Assembly: GCA_021159015.1 (NCBI GenBank)
Contig: JAGGSQ010000042.1
Coordinates: 557-64,556 of the forward strand
Length of the DNA stretch: 64,000 bases
From: Candidatus Omnitrophota bacterium
GTDB taxonomy: Bacteria > Omnitrophota > Gorgyraeia > Duberdicusellales > Duberdicusellaceae
Reading direction: 5' to 3'
Shown here: positions 61,411 through 64,000 of the stretch, piece after piece
How positions within the stretch are numbered: the first letter of the stretch is position 1
How the letters are laid out: each line of letters opens with the position of its first letter
Made by a program: the position numbers and the translations under genes
The notes under the pieces: model-generated
The model's input: the letters and a program-made list of their open reading frames with translations, nothing else
Told to the model about the DNA's origin: nothing
Databases searched by the model: none

Positions 61411-61878
61411 TTAATTTTTAGTCTTTAACAGTTTGAGAAAATGGTTGGTTTTTTCCTGATAATTCTTCTTCGCCAAAGAAATAATACGCATAGCGAAAAT
61501 AGCCGCATTCAACGGCCCAGCACCTCCCACCGCCATAGTAGCTACCGGTACGCCTTTAGGCATCTGCAAAATAGAAAGCAAAGAATCTACGCCTTTAAAA
61601 ACCTTAGTAGGAATGGGCACGCCTATTACCGGTAAGAAAGTCTGAGCTGCCACTACCCCCGGAAGAGCCGCAGCGCCACCGGCGGAAGCAATTACTACTT
61701 TTATACCTCGTCTAGGCAGAGATTTTACATACTTCTCTAAGAGCTCACTGTCGCGATGGGCGGAAAGAATCTTTAACTCATAATCCACGCGACATTCCTC
61801 AAGCAAAGATAAGGTCTTTTCCCAATAAGGCAAATCGGACCTGCTCCCTAAAATTATAGAAATAAGCACGGTTTTCAT
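61411..61878 (-). CDS. purE: N5-carboxyaminoimidazole ribonucleotide mutase
   Basis: 155 aa with the PurE fold (GSRSDLPYW...AGGAAALPGVVAAQT). Confidence 0.9.
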   Translation of the reverse strand: MKTVLISIILGSRSDLPYWEKTLSLLEECRVDYELKILSAHRDSELLEKYVKSLPRRGIKVVIASAGGAAALPGVVAAQTFLPVIGVPIPTKVFKGVDSLLSILQMPKGVPVATMAVGGAGPLNAAIFAMRIISLAKKNYQEKTNHFLKLLKTKN

Positions 61879-61885
61879 ATCCCCC

Positions 61886-63160
61886 CTAATTTTTCTTTAA
61901 AGCTTTATCGGCTATATCGCGCCGGAAAAACATATTTTCAAAATGTATTTTCTCTATAGCATGATAAGCTTTTTGTTTAGCCTCAGCAAGACTCTCTGCC
62001 AGAGCGCACACATTAAGCACTCTCCCTCCATTACTCAAAAGCCTGCTTCTTTCTTCATCAAGTTTTGTGCCGGCGTGAAATACAAAGGCGTCTTCTTCTG
62101 CCGCCTCTATCCCTCTTATTTCTTTTCCCTTCTCATAATTCCCCGGATATCCTCCCGAAGCCAGAACCACACATACGCAAGCTCTTCTATCCCACTCAAG
62201 ACTTACTTCTGAAAGATGTCCCTGAGCAGTTTTTACTAAAGCCTCCAGTAAATCCGATTTAAGCCGCGGCAGGACAGCCTGTGTCTCAGGATCGCCAAAC
62301 CTCACATTAAACTCTAAGACATAGGGAATACCTTCTTTTATCATCAGGCCCCCATAAAGCAAGCCACGGTAAATAGCTCCTTTCTTCCTCAAGCCTTCAA
62401 TAAGCGGTTTAAAAATCATATCCTGTGCCCTTTGCATAATCTCGCCTTCTAATACCGGAGCGGGAGAATAAGCACCCATGCCTCCTGTATTAGGGCCTCT
62501 ATCTCTCTCGTAGGCGCGCTTGTGGTCCTGAGAAGAAGCTAAAGGAACTATAGTCTCTCCATCGGTTAAAACGAGGAGTGAGGCTTCTCTGCCTGCTAAG
62601 AAATCTTCAATCAAAATTCTCTCTCCGGCTGAACCAAACTTTTTCTTAACCATTATCTCTTCTACCGCCTCCTCAGCTGCCTGATAGTTATCTACAACAA
62701 ATACTCCTTTCCCTGCCGCCAAACCATCGGCTTTAATTACAGCAGGATATTTTCTCTGACGCAAATATTTAAGGGCGGAAACAGAAGAGTTAAACACTTT
62801 AAAAGCGGCGGTGGGAATACCCAGGCTCTGCATAAGTTCTTTGGCATAAATCTTGCTGCCCTCCAGGCGGGCAAGCTCTCGAGAAGGACCGAAGGCAAGA
62901 ACCCTCTCTTTTGACAACTCATCCACCAGCCCTCCTACCAGCGGCGCCTCCGGGCCAATAACTACAAAGTCTATGTGATTATTGAGAACGAAGTTTGCTA
63001 CTGCTTTCGGTTCTTTAATATTGATATCTACGTTCTCTCCTAAAAAAGAGGTGCCGCCGTTGCCGGGGGCAAAATACAGCCTGCCGCATTGCGGCGATTG
63101 TTTGATTTTCCACCCCAGACAATGTTCTCTTCCTCCTGAACCAATAATTAAAATATTCAT
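61886..63160 (-). CDS. purD: phosphoribosylamine-glycine ligase
   Basis: 424 aa with the ATP-grasp fold (MNILIIGSGGREH...). Confidence 0.9.
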   Translation of the reverse strand: MNILIIGSGGREHCLGWKIKQSPQCGRLYFAPGNGGTSFLGENVDINIKEPKAVANFVLNNHIDFVVIGPEAPLVGGLVDELSKERVLAFGPSRELARLEGSKIYAKELMQSLGIPTAAFKVFNSSVSALKYLRQRKYPAVIKADGLAAGKGVFVVDNYQAAEEAVEEIMVKKKFGSAGERILIEDFLAGREASLLVLTDGETIVPLASSQDHKRAYERDRGPNTGGMGAYSPAPVLEGEIMQRAQDMIFKPLIEGLRKKGAIYRGLLYGGLMIKEGIPYVLEFNVRFGDPETQAVLPRLKSDLLEALVKTAQGHLSEVSLEWDRRACVCVVLASGGYPGNYEKGKEIRGIEAAEEDAFVFHAGTKLDEERSRLLSNGGRVLNVCALAESLAEAKQKAYHAIEKIHFENMFFRRDIADKALKKN

Positions 63161-63196
63161 AGTTAAAGCTATTTAAAGCACCCCTATTTTACATAA

Positions 63197-64000
63197 TCAT
63201 AAAGACTCCACAATCTTCTTATACGCATCTAGAATATTGCCGGCAGTATATCTCCAATTGTATTTCTGTTCAATTCTTTTTCTGGCCCTCTCTCTAATCT
63301 TATCCTTTATCTCTGCTTTCTTCTCCCAGGCTAACAATATCCCCTCTGCTAAAGCTTTATGGGAACCCGGCTCCACTAATATTCCACATCCGCCTAACAT
63401 ATTTCTTACCTCTCCTACACAACTTGCCACTACAATTTTACCTACTGCCATATATTCGATAATCTTCAGAGGACTCTTACAACGGGTAACTTCGGTATAT
63501 TTAAAAGGGGCTACACAAATATCTGCCGCCGCGATATAGAAAGGTACTTCTTCATGAGGTATGGCGCCGGTAAAAATAACCTTCTCTTCCAAGCCTAGAT
63601 CAAATACTTGCTTTTGCAACTCATTCATCAGAAATCCTTCTCCTACAATTAGAAACTTCAGATGCGGGCTCTTATGCAGAACAATATTTGCAGCCCTAAT
63701 TAAAATATCTACATACTGAGCGCCATGCAATTGCCCTATATATAAAACCATTCCCCCTTCTATGCCATATTTGTCTCTTACCCATTGTCCGTCAATATCA
63801 AGCCTGAACTTTTCTAAATCCGCCCCCACCGGTGCGTCAAAAATATAATTTTCCTTCACGCCGAATTTACGGCTCATATTTTTTAGATGACTGCTAGCAC
63901 AAGATACAGAGTCTGCCAGCACCGGCAGCCATCTCTCCAGAAGCTTGAAAGAGACCCCAATGAATCTGGAATGTAAGCCTCTGCCACAGGACTCATACCA
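63197..64000 (-). CDS. glycosyltransferase family 4/1 (5' end beyond window)
   Basis: The GT-B C-terminal domain is present (EEKVIFTGAIPHEEVPFYIAAADICVAP...PLKIIEYMAVGKIVVAS). The frame stays open upstream of the ORF-track GTG to the window edge, so the gene is N-terminally truncated here. Confidence 0.7.
   Translation of the reverse strand, partial: WYESCGRGLHSRFIGVSFKLLERWLPVLADSVSCASSHLKNMSRKFGVKENYIFDAPVGADLEKFRLDIDGQWVRDKYGIEGGMVLYIGQLHGAQYVDILIRAANIVLHKSPHLKFLIVGEGFLMNELQKQVFDLGLEEKVIFTGAIPHEEVPFYIAAADICVAPFKYTEVTRCKSPLKIIEYMAVGKIVVASCVGEVRNMLGGCGILVEPGSHKALAEGILLAWEKKAEIKDKIRERARKRIEQKYNWRYTAGNILDAYKKIVESL

Overview
Every confidently called gene in this 64 kb window (about 50) is on the minus strand, tightly packed, in an AT-rich bacterial genome. 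No rRNA, tRNA or CRISPR array was seen.

Running from high to low coordinates (the direction of transcription), the window holds:
- a glycosyltransferase fragment, purD, purE, a YrdC/Sua5-LMW-PTP fusion, rpiB, glyA, dCMP deaminase, nrdR, a BFN nuclease, a metallophosphoesterase and the CCA-adding enzyme;
- ilvB and ilvN;
- a roughly 25 kb insertion (27784..53104) that separates ilvBN from ilvC-leuA. It carries a two-partner secretion pair: a TpsB transporter and a 6,601-6,608 aa TpsA exoprotein whose middle is thousands of residues of Gly-rich beta-helical repeats. Immediately downstream of tpsA it also carries an IS200/IS605-like (RAYT-like) Y1 transposase flanked by two identical 33-nt perfect hairpins, four small envelope or signalling genes, and a degraded HAMP-HD-GYP pseudogene;
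- ilvC, leuA/cimA, the aroE-pilD-aroC-aroK cluster, a PAS-HD-GYP phosphodiesterase, dprA, topA, xerC-like, waaA-lpxK-(lpxL fused to an ELM1-like domain), yggS and a zinc-ribbon protein;
- a complete nine-gene V-type ATPase operon (G/H-C-I-K-F-E-A-B-D) plus usp, in which the B-subunit reading frame is broken by an in-frame TAA;
- a nucleotidyltransferase-TPM-LemA trio at the low end.

The TPS/giant-adhesin insertion with its hairpin-flanked transposase is the most notable system. The broken atpB frame, the HD-GYP remnant and two unusual domain fusions are secondary curiosities.
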